Positions 51,553 through 64,000 of a stretch of 64,000 nt of DNA are shown one piece after another; the stretch's first letter is position 1; each line of letters begins with the position of its first letter. The DNA comes from Octopus sinensis. Its lineage: Eukaryota. The stretch spans positions 169,322,001 through 169,386,000 of the forward strand of contig NC_042997.1 in the NCBI RefSeq assembly GCF_006345805.1, given 5' to 3'. The notes under the pieces were generated by a model, which ran no database searches, was not told where the DNA came from, and saw only the letters and a program-made list of their open reading frames with translations. The translations under genes and the position numbers were made by a program.

Positions 51553-53110
51553 TTACATTTCGAACTTGTTACAAGCATTTAAATTTATTATACTGGTGAC
51601 TACTCTAAAATGGTTACATTTCGAACCTATTTCACTTAGAACATGTTATATCTTCTTTCTATATCAAAGAGTTTTGTCCTTATGGCGTGCATTGCATGCA
51701 ACTACAGCTTTACCTAGTTATTCAGTTGATTAAAGCCAGTGGTGGTAAAGCCCACATGGGACTCCTGCTTTGCTTCCATAGACAATAATAATGGACTTGA
51801 ACAAAGTCTTTGTCCAGGATTATAAATACAATGCATTTGGCAATAATTTTTTATTGACAACATAACAATCATTATCTATTTTTCTTCATGTTTATTCTCA
51901 TTGTTCACACCTTCACCCTTCAGCCCTAAATTAATTCATTCTACTTTTAATTAATAGTTCTTAGTTCTCATTGATTTTTCCATAATTTCATCACTTTTTT
52001 TAAAAGCTATTCAACAACTTCACCAATTTTGTTTTCTATCAGATCACTAAATCATTAAATCATACATTCTTTACAACTCCTTCACCCTTCTTCCAAAAAC
52101 AGCAAACATCTGCCTTTCTCTGTGCCTTTCCAACCTACTTGTACTGCTCTAGTCAATTTGAACATTACCACCAGCTGACCTTTGAAGTTACTCCCCTCCA
52201 CTCAACACATGACAGTAGCTTGTAGAACAAACTAATGTCATTTTAGTTTTATCTCTATTGCCTTCAAATTTATAATTTAGACTTTTAATTATATTATTAT
52301 ATGTAGCTCATTGATTATCAATTATTATCCCAGAACAACCCAATATTTCTCCTTTTTGTTCACTCCTCTTTCTTTCTCATTTCTTTATTTCTTTTTTCAC
52401 ATTATGTACAGTCTACACAGTTAATTTCCACTGTTCTTACATTATATTTGGGCAGTGGATTGGTAGAATCTTTAAAGTATCAAACAAAGTGCTTTGCAGT
52501 ATTTCTTCTAAGCTCAAATCCTATTGAGGTCAGCTTTACCTTTCAGGGCCAATGAAATAAAGTAACGGTCAAGTATTGGAGTCAATGTAATCGATTGATC
52601 CCCTCCTCTCAAAACTGCTTGTCTTGTGACAAGATCAGGAACCATATATAGGCAGCAAGCTGGCAGAATTATTGGAGCACTGGAAAAAATGCTTTGTGGT
52701 ATTCATTCTGGGTCCTTACGTTCTGAGCTCAAATTTGCCTTTCATCCTTTTCGCGGTCAATAAAATGAAGGCTAGTTGAGCCCTAGGGGTTGATGTAGCA
52801 GAAAGGATTGATGTTATTGTTGTTGTTATTACTATTATCATTATTGTAATTAATATTATTATCATTATTATTGTTATTATTAGGTGGTGAGAATTGTTAG
52901 TGTACCAGACACAATGTTTTGCGGTATTTTTCCAGCTCCTTATGTTCTGAATTCAAATACAGCCAAGGTCGACTTTGCCTTTCATCCTTTCAAGGTCAAT
53001 TCAATAAGTACCAGTTATACACTGGAGTCAATGTAATAAACTTTATCCCTTCCCCCAAATTTCAGGCCTTGTGCTTACAATAGAAAGGATTATCATCATC
53101 ATTATCATCA

Positions 53111-53177
<67 letters not shown>

Positions 53178-54455
53178 ACTGTTCAATATTCTACTGCATC
53201 ACATGCTACACCTCCGTGTTGCTAGGTGTGTGTGCAGCATTGTGTGTTTTTTTTATCTGCTATTGGGAGTGTGAGTATAACTGCTTACTTTGTCATGTCT
53301 GTATACATATTCAGACTTGTCTCATTGTGCTTGGTTGCACATTCTGCATTTGATTTTGAAGCCTGTTTTCATTATTTTGTTTTTATAATTAGTTATAGTC
53401 AGGCATTGGTCTTGTGCAGCAAGAATCAGTCCTTCTGTTTCAGCTTTTAGTCCAGAGCTTTTGAGCCATTGTTGGCTTTTGCTTAGGCTCATTTCCTCTC
53501 TGTCAAGCTTTGCAGGGTACTGGCCATGAAGAGATATTCATGAAGGAATAATTATGAATACAGTAACGTCACAGAACATACTACTGTCCACAAATGATGT
53601 TGAGTGCCATGTAAAAGCAGTGGTATAATGGGAAATAGTGGGAAGAAGAGGGTACTATGTTTGGCTTGATAGATCATCATCACCAATATCTGCTTTAGGA
53701 GTGAAAAATTTATCCAAGGTTGTTTGACATATGCAATTCACCATTTCTTGGTTGGAAATTGGTGAAACTTGTTCTCACATCAGCGGTTTCTTATTAGACA
53801 AATCTGTCTCTCTCCATGAAGCTACATCATTTTCTACAGCTTCTTCAAACCCTGCATTATTTATGTGTGTCTGCAGGGGCAGCTTCCACTGTCATTTTAA
53901 TGTTGTGTAAATTTAGTTATCTCCTAAAACTTTCTAACCAGATTTTACAAATCAAGAAAAGTTTTGCATCAGAAATTGCACCTTCCACTGTCTGAACAAT
54001 CAACATAAAAACTTTTTGCTTTTGAATGACCATCATGTTTATTGGCTCAATAGATCCAGCTTAATTGCCAATCCATTTTAACCATCATGTCTGGTCTATG
54101 AAAAACAATTTTTGGTCATTTAATAAAGTAGCTGCTTGAGCATATAACCTAATTTGATATTTATTGTTATGTATTGCTCCAACTGTAGGAAGGTTTAATA
54201 TTTTGCAATTTTATCTGTGTTTTTTACATTATCAAACTCCTGTTAGTTTATGTTTCAAACACCATTTTAATAAAGGCAAAAGCTATTTATTAAATTCTTC
54301 ATTATTTTAAAAATTAACCGGCGCAAAGTAGTGTATTTCAACAGAAATATGGTAACGAAAGGGTTATCCAATGTGATTTCTTTATGATTTCATTTTGCAC
54401 AACTACCTACACTTTCCCTTGATGGTCTCTTTCTAGTCAACTTGGATTGGAATAA

Positions 54456-54961
54456 TCTATATATATAAAACTCTAGTTGTGTGAGTGTCTGTCCCCTTCG
54501 ATTTAGATTCCTAACTCCTCCCACATTTTGCGGTGCAGTTTAACCAAATTCGGGTGTCTTATAGTCGTGATTCATATCGAGCACGTCTGACTATTAGCGC
54601 GTGTCAACGATGAGTCTACGATTTTAAAAATAATTTAACATCATTTTTTATTCCATTTTAATGCATAAAATGCATCGTATGTCGATGGCGGCGGAGTTGG
54701 CGTCCACGCTCACAGCTGCACCTGTTTGCTTCTCCCCCTTCCCTCCCTTGTGAAGCTGTGGGGAAGGGAGTGTAAAGAAATCAACGTCGTAATGCATTGT
54801 GAAGGAAACCAGCGTTCTTTTAGAACAACGACTTCATGGCTTGAAGACACCAAAACAAAAATGGCTAAGAAAGCCCGAATTTATAAGGGAAGTAACTCTC
54901 TAAAAATGCTTATATAGTTATTTCCCTTACAAACCCGAGCAACGCCGGGCGATACTGCTAG
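54456..54961 (+). mobile_element. Non-autonomous Helitron
   Basis: A|TCTATATATATAAAA ... CCCGAGCAACGCCGGGCGATACTGCTAG|T. Confidence 0.85.
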
Positions 54962-55869
54962 TGTATTATAAATATATCTTAATGTTAGTAGTTAAATCCA
55001 GCAGAAGTGATGGTAGACAAGAAGTCTCACCAAATAGCAAAACAGTAGAATCCAAGGAAAGTAGTGATATTCTGTTAGCTTCTTTGAATGTAAAATTATG
55101 AGAAAGTGAAAGGAGTGGAGTAATGAAGTGGAGGCGGGGATACTATTTGGTTTAAAGTTAGTAGCAATCGACAAGGCGAGAAGGAAGTTAGTTGAAGCTG
55201 GCAAATATGCTGAAATCAATGAAAAACAAGCTTATTTATTTGTATAAAATTATAAACAATCTGTTGGTGGTAACAAAAGTAACAACTGTTATTTAGAAAG
55301 TATTCAATACACAATACAGACAGAGGGAAATGAAGTTTTTTCTTCACTGATAAATATTGACACTTATGGGGCAATCAAGCTATTTTGTAAAGACTCATCA
55401 TTTTTGAGTAAGACTGAAGTAAAGTGGATTAAGTCAAATCAAAGTCAAGGTGAAACAAAATAATACTAACAACCATACACATGAAATTTGAATTAGCACT
55501 CATGGATTTATGACCATTAATAATGGTAGAGACTAAAAACAATTATTAAATGAATTAGGCGTATCAGATTTTTTATGACTAGAACATAATATGCAAGCAT
55601 AAGTAAACATACCTGTTGACTCACACATGCTTAGAGAGATATAGTACCTGGTTAGTGATGTTGGGAAACAGCTTGTGAAATTTATAAAAACTAAGTTTTC
55701 AGTCAATACTGTTCAGGTTTATTTTATTGGCAGCTGTGTAACAGAGTCTTTGCAAAAGTGTACAGAAACCTTTGATGGTATAAAGATTTCAAAGATTATT
55801 ATTCCCCCTCATAAGCTTCACCACTAGGAAATATGTACCATTTAAGTTGATAAGGTGTTGAATGCATCA

Positions 55870-56346
55870 TTTAATAATTATATGTATGAAACCAAAGAAG
55901 TTTATTTGCTTTTGTTAAAGAAATGATCATGAGAAATAAATTTAAATTTAAACAGGTCTGAGGCCAAACTAACACAAGCTTTTGTTTTATCTTTAAAGGT
56001 AACAAGCGTTGATGTTCAATATCCTTAGTTTTGCAATAAGATCTAGAAGGCAGTTGAGTTTGGAAATCAGAGCAGTTGTGTGTGTGTCTGTGTGTGTGTG
56101 GGTGGCCTCTATTGAACTCATAAAGCAAAATATGCCGAATATGCTCCTTTGTCATTCCATTATAGCTTTAAAAAAATAAATGTTAAAATCAAACTGTACT
56201 CTTCAAAACTTGCACTAAAAATAAAGACAAGGTAAAATTATTACCTGCTTTTATAGCAAATTGATGCAGGTAGTTTATCCCATCCCACTCCAACTTTCAG
56301 TCCATGCAAATGAAAAAACCACATTATTTATGGGATGACTCAATAT
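55870..56346 (-). mobile_element. Internally deleted mariner remnant (5' TIR + transposase N-terminus)
   Basis: MTKEHIRHILLYEFNRG is the mariner N-terminal HTH start; interrupted by a CA microsatellite. Confidence 0.6.
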
Positions 56347-56719
56347 ATAAAAAGGCATAGGCATAGCTGTGTGGTATGAAGCTTGCTTCCTAGTCACATG
56401 GTTCCAGGTTCAGTCCCAGTGCATGACACCTTGAGCAAGTGTCTTCTACTATAGTCTTGGACTGACCAAAGTCTTGGTGGATGGAAACTGAAAGAAGCCT
56501 ATTACATGTGTGTGTATGTGTGTATCTTTTTGTCTGTGTGTCTTTGTGTCTATGTTTGTCCCCCTCCACCACATATGCATACATATCTACAGTATCATGA
56601 AATACTGTAGATATATAACTTAGATAGGTTTCAGCCAGTATAGGCCCAGGCCATGTCTAACTTAAAAGCACCACCTGGTGAAGTCTTTTAGATTGTGATG
56701 CACATCTCAGTCATAAATG

Positions 56720-57070
56720 GGACACCATGGCCCACTCTAGCAAAGAGTTATTATTGTTGGAGACATATCCAGATGTAGGAGGCTTTTTTGAGAAATTTGT
56801 CCAGAGAACTTTTGAATGTTATGGGATTTGTTTCCGTTATGATGCATTTTGGTATAATATTAAAGAGAGCTGGACCAGATGAGGTAAAGCAGTTGTATCA
56901 TGATGTTGTTAGGTGTCTTGAGTTCAATTTTTGTAGTGGGCAGATAGCATGGGGGCCAAGTCTTGAGTGGATTTTAAACTTGATGCCAACATCATTTGTG
57001 CAATATTGATGGAATATTTTCCACATCACACAAATGATGTAGCACTCACAGCAGTGTTGGGGAGAGTAAA
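56720..57070 (-). mobile_element. CR1-clade LINE 3' fragment
   Basis: YSPQHCCECYII.VMWKIFH..NDVG...RLGP...SGPALFNIIP...FKSSLDKFL...GY..NNNSLLEW matches the CR1 C-terminus YSLQRRRERY...GP.LFN.LP...FK..LDKFL. Confidence 0.7.
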
Positions 57071-57307
57071 TGCATCAGTTCCAACTTAAACCACAGATCC
57101 AACTCAGGGCTAGTTCTAAATGTAGTGTAGGTATAAAAAAAATACAATTGGGGTTTAAAATTTACTAAATAGCTGTTTCAGTATTGATGTATTCATAGAT
57201 AACATCATAGCATAAATCTACCATCTTCAGGTAAAATTTGAAACAGGTATAAACAGGTGAGATAAAACTTTGAAGATGATTAGTTCAGTAACATATTGGA
57301 TTCAAAG

Positions 57308-57519
57308 GGGTGTTGAAAGGTTCCTGGCTTTGGATAAAAGAAAATACTGGAGGATCAGTTAATTTGATTTTATTTAACATATTCCCCTCTCAGATTCACA
57401 CACTTATTGCAGTGGTATCTCAGTTTTTGTAAGCTCTGTAAAAGAAATCGAAAGGTTGGGTCTCCAGCCTGGCCTTTCACGATACCCTTAAAGCCAGGGG
57501 CTTTTCAGTACTTCCCTGT
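57308..57519 (-). mobile_element. Mariner-derived MITE with TIRs
   Basis: GGGTGTTGAAAGGTTCCTGGCTTT ... AAAGCCAGGGGCTTTTCAGTACTTCCC; interior matches 12425-12608. Confidence 0.7.
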
Positions 57520-57640
57520 ATAAATCCAAATGGGTTAAAGCTATGATGTAGTCTATGAGTACATCAATAAAGTTCTACTGAAACAACTGTCAAATGTCCA
57601 ACCTCATTTGTATTCTTTTATATGTATGTATGTTTATATT

Positions 57641-57685
<45 letters not shown>

Positions 57686-57689
<4 letters not shown>

Positions 57690-58656
57690 CATAGATGCCA
57701 ATTTATAATGACATAGATGCCAATATATAATGACATAGATGCCAATATATAATGACATAGGTGCCAATTTAAAGAATGCCACAGTATTGAAATATGCAGA
57801 CGACATCAAGCTGTACCTTGAAACCAAGAGGACAGATCCTGATGTCTACAACTCTTTCCTGCAATCAGACCTAGACACAATGCAGCAATGGATCACAGAC
57901 TGGCAACTGAAACTGGCTGTGGACAAGTGTACCACCATGCATTTTGGGAGAAAAAACCCTGTGTCCACATACTCCCTCCACAACACTGATATCAAGAAAT
58001 CCTCTGGCGAGTGTGACCTAGGCATCCCTGTCGGCAGTGATTTGCGTTGGACAAAGCATATCTCTAAAATTGTCAAGAAGGCCGTGGGTATCTTGGCATC
58101 ACTCAGCAAGACTTTTGTTAGCCGCTCTCCAGCCATCTATTTAAAACTGTATACAGCTATGGTACGACAACACTTGGAATTCGCATCATCAGTTTGGAAC
58201 CCCTATCTTGCTCAGAATCTGGACCTCCTGGAATCTGTCCAAAGACGTGCAACCAAACGCATACCCTCCATCAGACACCTACCATATTCTGAGCGCCTTG
58301 TTTCCCTGGGCATATGGATTCACTGAAGCTCTGGCGTCTGGCGACGGACTTGGTAAACACCCACAAAGTTATCAACCACCTCACCAACAACAACACTGAA
58401 CACCTTTTTGATCTCCATGTGTCTAACACACGTGGACATGCCTACAAAGTCAGAAAACAACACAGCTCCCATGACATTCGGAAACATTTTTTCACGCTCA
58501 GAGTTGCTGAAGCATGGAATAAACTGCCTGCGTCAGTTGTTGACTGCCATGACACTGCATCCTTTAAGGCTCTCATGCTTTCCGAAATCCGCCGAAACTA
58601 CACCTGATTATATATACACTTTAGATGAGTTGTAGTGCACCTGAGCACTGTACACA

Positions 58657-58704
<48 letters not shown>

Positions 58705-58720
58705 TTATTATTATTATTAT
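57686..58720 (+). mobile_element. CR1-clade LINE, 5'-truncated, RT C-terminal half + 3' UTR + (ATT)n tail; one frameshift near 58310
   Basis: KYADDIKLY, WQLKLAVDKC, DLGI, LYTAMVRQHLEFASSVWNP, ESVQRRATK, RGHAYK...KHFFTLRVAEAWNKLP. Confidence 0.9.
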
Positions 58721-58727
58721 TATTTAT

Positions 58728-58776
<49 letters not shown>

Positions 58777-58863
58777 CATACACACACACACACACACCAC
58801 ACATATATATATAGATATATATATGTATGTATGTATGTATATATGTGTATGTACAAATATTCA

Positions 58864-58915
<52 letters not shown>

Positions 58916-59164
58916 TATACCAGCATGGAAAATGGGCATTAAATGATTGCACACATACATGTATACACGTGCACGTGCACACACACACACACACAGAGTC
59001 TCATGAAATAAACATATATAGAAATAGTATATATTTATATATATTTAGTTCCTACAAAATAAGAAGAGGAAACTGCTCAAAAGCATCAGAGCAGCTAACA
59101 TCTGTGACATTTCTCCAGGCAATACTGAAGGGTAGCCACCCACCACAACCTCCATTCAATTCAC

Positions 59165-59275
59165 CTGAAGTCAAGATTTAATGAATGGATGAGTGTTTTC
59201 TTCAAGAGGAAATGATCAGACTTCAGTCTTTGCACTATGTCCACAAAAATCACTTCTTTCACCATAGCAACCAGA
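59165..59275 (-). CDS. Candidate 111-nt symmetric (phase 2-2) exon, [36 protein letters not shown]; gene unknown
   Basis: Acceptor TTTTTTTTTATCTCTCAG, donor CAG|GTGAAT, single open frame, protein-like composition. Confidence 0.5.
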
Positions 59276-59339
59276 CTGAGAGATAAAAAAAAATCCCAAA
59301 TAGAAATTATCAGCTTACCCAGCTGTTTCTCTTTCTGAG

Positions 59340-59374
<35 letters not shown>

Positions 59375-59659
59375 CTTGTGGTATCATTTTCACTTTGACC
59401 AAACATAGTTTCCTGAAATATAAACAGTCTAGAAAGACTGACACCAGTTGCCAGTTTCAACCAATTAATATCATTCACAGTTCATTTATTAGTCATTATA
59501 ACTACCTCTGGGAAAGGATATGACAAGTTCATGAGTTTTGAAAAACAGCGGGGAGGAAAAACATTTTCAAAATCTGCGAATACATTTAGTTAAGCAATTT
59601 ACCTTAAATTTTGAGTCACATGTTCAGTAAAATAGACATTATCTCCAAGTACTATATTT

Positions 59660-60039
59660 CACCGCCTGGCTTCCATGTCGGTGGCACGTAAAAACCACCA
59701 ACCAATCGTGGCCATTGCCAGCCTCCCCTGGCACTTGTGCCGGTGGCATGTAAAAAGCACCATCCATACATGGTCGATGTCAGTGCCATCTTGACTGGCT
59801 TCCATGCCGGTGGCACGTAAAAACCACCAATCGATCGTGGCCGTTGCCAGCCTCCTCTGGCACCTGTGCCGGTGGCACGTAAAAAGCACCTACTACACTC
59901 ACGGAGTGGTTGGCGTTAGGAAGGGCATCCAGTTGTAGAAACACTGTCAGATCAGACTGGAGCCTGGTGCAGCCACCTGGCTTCCCAGACCCCAGTCGAA
60001 CCATCCAACCCATGCTAGCATGGAAAACGGATGTTAAAC

Positions 60040-60069
<30 letters not shown>
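59660..60069 (+). mobile_element. SINE-like family A copy with (GAT)n tail
   Basis: GGCGTTAGGAAGGGCATCCAG...CATGCTAGCATGGAAAACGGATGTTAAACGATGATG. Confidence 0.8.
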
Positions 60070-60070
<1 letters not shown>

Positions 60071-60215
60071 TATTTTGCTGTGTTTAATTTGTGATTCAAT
60101 GTAGCTACCTCCGTTGCTGCAGAAGGAGGTACTAGCTATAAGGGTGGAAAGGGAACTGGTTGCTTCTTTACACTTTTGGGGTGCAACTTGGGTGCAACAC
60201 AATTTCCTTTCTTTT

Positions 60216-60705
60216 TGTTTCTAGAAACTACCAGTCAGGAACGAAAAGCAAGTTTAGAAATATATAATTCTTTATTCTCTTATTCAACAATGAAACACAA
60301 TGGTATACTGGTATCCATTCTTACAACAATTCAGCAGCAATAGATAGGTTAAATCCCAAGCGTCTGGGACAGGAGAATAGGTTGATCACACGTATGAAAA
60401 TACGTCCTTTCTCTTCGATTGCCGTGCCTCAAGTCCCCAAACGCTATTAAGGAACGCTATGGAATTTATTCTTCAGTCTCTAGCGCATGTGCATGATGGA
60501 ACTTCCTTATGCCCATCCAGAAGGTTCTAGAAGATTCCAATCCCGCACACGCACACTGAAGAAGGACGTTCCGCACACGCACACTGAAGAATGACGTTGC
60601 GTGTGTGCACACTGGAACATGACATCACTACAAAGGTGACATCCCGCACATGCACACTGAAGAATGATGTTGCATGTGCGCACACTGGAATATGACGTCA
60701 CTACA
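60216..60705 (-). mobile_element. Solo-LTR-like element with internal ~28-bp subrepeats
   Basis: Minus strand starts TGTAGTGACGTCA, has repeated CTTCAGTGTGCGTGTGCGGG units, AATAAA near the end and a CA terminus at 60216; no clear TSD. Confidence 0.4.
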
Positions 60706-61230
60706 AGGGCATTAGTTGAGTAAATACCCCATCTCTGCTACTCATTAACTATTAAAATGTCTCATGCATATACATGTTTCAAACACTTTAAATAGACTTT
60801 TATATAGATTTATTTGCTCTTTTGTATATCATACACAATTAATCTAAAAAGAATAAACATTTCCTCACTTATAAGCCAATTATTTTAAAATAGATTTTAA
60901 TTATTATTCCATAGTTCGAGTTTTGTAATGTAAGCTGCATATATAATAAGCATTATCCAAATGCACAAAAAAAAATGGATACAAATTTATAAAGTAAACA
61001 GCTAATGTAATCTTTCAATATAAGGCTTCCATGTTTTGATAGAAAACAGTGTTGTGACACCACAGGGATTGTTAAGAATTCTCTTCTCTGAAGCTTTCTC
61101 AAACAGTATTCATGGGAAGATGATGGCAAAGATACATATTTAAATTTACTTATTTGTTAACTGTGTACAGAAGAGTTGTAGGTTTGCATCTCACAAAAGT
61201 AATATACACAAGCATATACTGCATTTGTGT

Positions 61231-61562
61231 GAAGACGCATGGCTCAGTGGTTAGAGCGTCGAGCTTACGATCGTGAGGTTGTGAGTTTGAATCCCAGACC
61301 GGGCTGCGTGTTGTGTTCTTAAGCAAGACACTTTATTTCACGTTGCTCCAGTTCATTCAACTGTAGAAATGAGTTGGGACGTCACAGATGCCAAGCTGTA
61401 TCGGCCTTTGCCTTTCCCTTTGATAACACTGGTGGCATGGAGAGGGGAGGCCGGTATGCATGGGCGACTGCTGGTCTTCCATAAACAACTTTGCCCAGAC
61501 TTGTGCCTGGAATGGTAACTTTCTAGGTGCGATCCCATGGTCAGTCATGACCGAAAGGGGTT
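61231..61562 (+). mobile_element. tRNA-derived SINE family E
   Basis: A box TGGCTCAGTGGTTAGAGCG, B box GAGTTTGAATCCC, then GTGTTCTTAAGCAAGACACT central domain. Confidence 0.75.
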
Positions 61563-61837
61563 TCAGCATGTACTGCATTTGCAGACATATAAGACACTTT
61601 TCTTAAAATTTTTTAGATGTATCAAAAAATTATTCTGTGACTAATGCAGCTGAATTGCAGATAGGAGACTGAGTGTTGTAGGCTGAGGAACTGGATAAGT
61701 TCATTAGGCACAATAATTGTTACTAATAATAAAATATTGGAAATAAACCAAAATAATAGTCCTTTAGAACAAAATTTTAAAAAATTCTTACAATATATGA
61801 ACAGTAATGTGGGGAGATTATGCTATATTATTGTGTC

Positions 61838-62003
61838 CACTAGCATAGCTAGAGTGGAGTGCAGCCCACCCTGAGCAGCATTTTTATGGGGGTGGCACCA
61901 CTTTTGGGTCTGCTGTAGGCAATATGTATGTTTTGAGGGGGCTGGGGTGGAGGGCAAAAATGAAGGTCCATCCCGGGTGGCATACACTCTAGCTATGCTA
62001 TTA
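61838..62003. mobile_element. hAT-type MITE with 8-bp target site duplication
   Basis: TSD ATTGTGTC at 61830-61837 and 62004-62011; TIR core TAGCATAGCTAGAGTG / CACTCTAGCTATGCTA. Confidence 0.8.
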
Positions 62004-64000
62004 ATTGTGTCTCCATCCCCAACATTCATAACCCATACTTGATATGTGTCTTAGAATACTTAATGATTTTGTTACTTTTAAGAGATATTTTTTAATTATC
62101 TAGATGAAAATTCTCCTAGAAAGATGAAAGGAATTTTCAGTCCCACTGCGTGGCATCTTGGGCAAGTGTCTTCTGCTATAGCCCCGGGCCGACCAATGCC
62201 TTGTGAGTGGATTTGGTAGACGGAAACTGAAAGAAGCCTGTCATATATATGTATGTATATATATATATATGTATGTGTGTGTATGTGTTTGTATGTCTGT
62301 GTTTGTCCCCCTAGCATTGCTTGACAACCGATGCTGGTGTGTTTACATCCCCGTCACTTAGCGGTTTGGCAAAAGAGACCGATAGAATAAATACTGGGCT
62401 TACAAAGAATAAGTCGATATGCTCGACTAAAGGCAGTGCTCCAGCATGGCCACAGTCAAATGACTGAAACAAGTAAAAGAGTAAAAGAGTTGCCAACTAT
62501 CTGCAATGATTTGACAACAATAAAACTATTCTGGTGATACACCACCCTGGTGGCTGATCACCTTTTGCACAAAACATCATTGTTAAAATATGAGTTTTAC
62601 AGCCTGCATGACTATTCTGTTGACCAAAGTATTAACAACTATTAAATAGATCCAAAAGAAGATAAAGTTGAAATATGGTACTCGTATAATGTAGTTTGTT
62701 TATGATAAATTTATGGTTTCAAACTTTATTCCTGTATCCTGTCACAGTATTATATTTACATGTACAGAATCATACATCTTCCCCTAAAAAACTACAACAT
62801 CTTTTCCGTTTGTTTTCATTTATTGATATCATCTTACATATTTTGTCCAACTTCTTGCTTTCATTGCTCAGAGGTTTTTTTTCAAGCATTTACAGTATTC
62901 TTTTTCTACTTAAACATTAAAATTTTACAATAGGAATATTCGCAAAATATAGGGCAAAAAAAAAACACACTATTAACTGGAATTGAATGAAGCAGACTCT
63001 ATAAACATCCATTATAAAATCATAAAAGATATGATAAAATGTTAATAAGATTAAAACATGAATCAACTTAAATAAACATTTTTCTAACAGTTATTGCAGT
63101 TCAATGCTTGGGATGTTAAGAGTAATGAACTAGAAATTTATTATTTTGATCAATGTTGAATATTGAAATACGTATTGTATGATACATCATAAAATCATCA
63201 CGAAGATAATTCCAATATCCTATGTTAGGAATCAACTGAAAGATTTCAGATATGATATGTGTAAAGAAACATAATCTGAATTCTCACAATTTACAATAAT
63301 ATAAAAAAAGAAAATGTATATATGAAGTCACATTTTATTGACTCAACAGCTGATTAAAATCAGAATGAAACATGTTAATATGTTAAAATAATTCTAAATA
63401 CGTTAAAGTAATTCTAAATTATTGTTTATTGCCCCAGGGAGAAAAATGATGACAGAAAATGGAATTTTTAACAATAGATGATGCTAAAATGACTTCCAAT
63501 CAAACTTAAAATTTTTTTTTCTTTGAGGTACTCCTGCTTACTCACAGATTAGCATTCATGGTCCCAGCTATTCACGGAACTGATAATTGTTTGCACCACA
63601 TATACACGGAATCATAAATATTGTCCATGATTTTTTATAGCCTTTTTCATGGCAATATACACTTTTCCACACGTTTGAAGGCTAAACTATAAATAATAAT
63701 AAGTGGTTTGGCAAAGAGTCACATAGAATAAATACCAAACTTAAAATATACCAGACTGGGGTTGATTCCTTCGACTAAACCCATCAAGTCAGAGCCCCAG
63801 TAAGTAAAAATGAAAGTAAAAGTAAAAATATTTATGTTAAAGAAAATGGAAAGTGATTTAAAGTAAAACATATGTTCAGAATAAGTGGACACCATGATAT
63901 TATTTTAGTTTTTGGATGCAGCTTTATCTTTTTCTCACAATTCTTACATAATGTGAGGTAGATACGTATCTTTCCTATAGCAAAACACCTGAACTCATTT

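Noticed and set aside
59276-59318. 43-nt mini-intron upstream of the candidate exon
   Set aside because: Too short, and the upstream 'exon' would have only a CA microsatellite as its acceptor
61240-61300. tRNA gene
   Set aside because: A/B boxes are present but there is no proper cloverleaf or acceptor stem, and it continues into a SINE body; the same applies at 24360
404-62920. Dozens of ORFs rich in YI/YV/HT/II/VV/PP
   Set aside because: Translations of (TA)n, (TG)n, (TATG)n, (AAT)n and (GGT)n microsatellites
63550-63690. Minus-strand segment with a strong GTGAGT donor
   Set aside because: All three frames contain stops; probably repeat-derived or non-coding

Overview
AT-rich, microsatellite-dense animal genomic DNA; the SINE families and repeat style suggest an octopus or other coleoid cephalopod (inference). 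The window is almost entirely transposon-derived: two tandem R4/Dong-like LINEs in (AAT)n, a 5'-truncated GIY-YIG Penelope-like element (PLE), a decayed Ty3/Gypsy pol, CR1 and RTE fragments, DD37D (maT) and mariner remnants, two non-autonomous Helitrons, several MITEs/foldback elements and many tRNA-type SINEs. No complete host gene is supported, only a few unassigned candidate exons. The standout is a 4.1 kb array of about 11.4 copies of a 363-bp unit (36851-40981). Each unit carries a type I hammerhead-ribozyme fold with a U3-A8 variant core and a palindromic ACGCGT stem III. The array has a head-to-head inversion, a 1452-bp higher-order period and (TA)n at both ends. This looks like a retrozyme-type (self-cleaving, possibly circRNA-producing) element. 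The nearby PLE, also inserted in (TA)n, carries its own minimal hammerhead in its 3' UTR and is a plausible class of mobiliser. Ribozyme folds were derived by hand and activity is untested. Boundaries of degenerate repeats are approximate.
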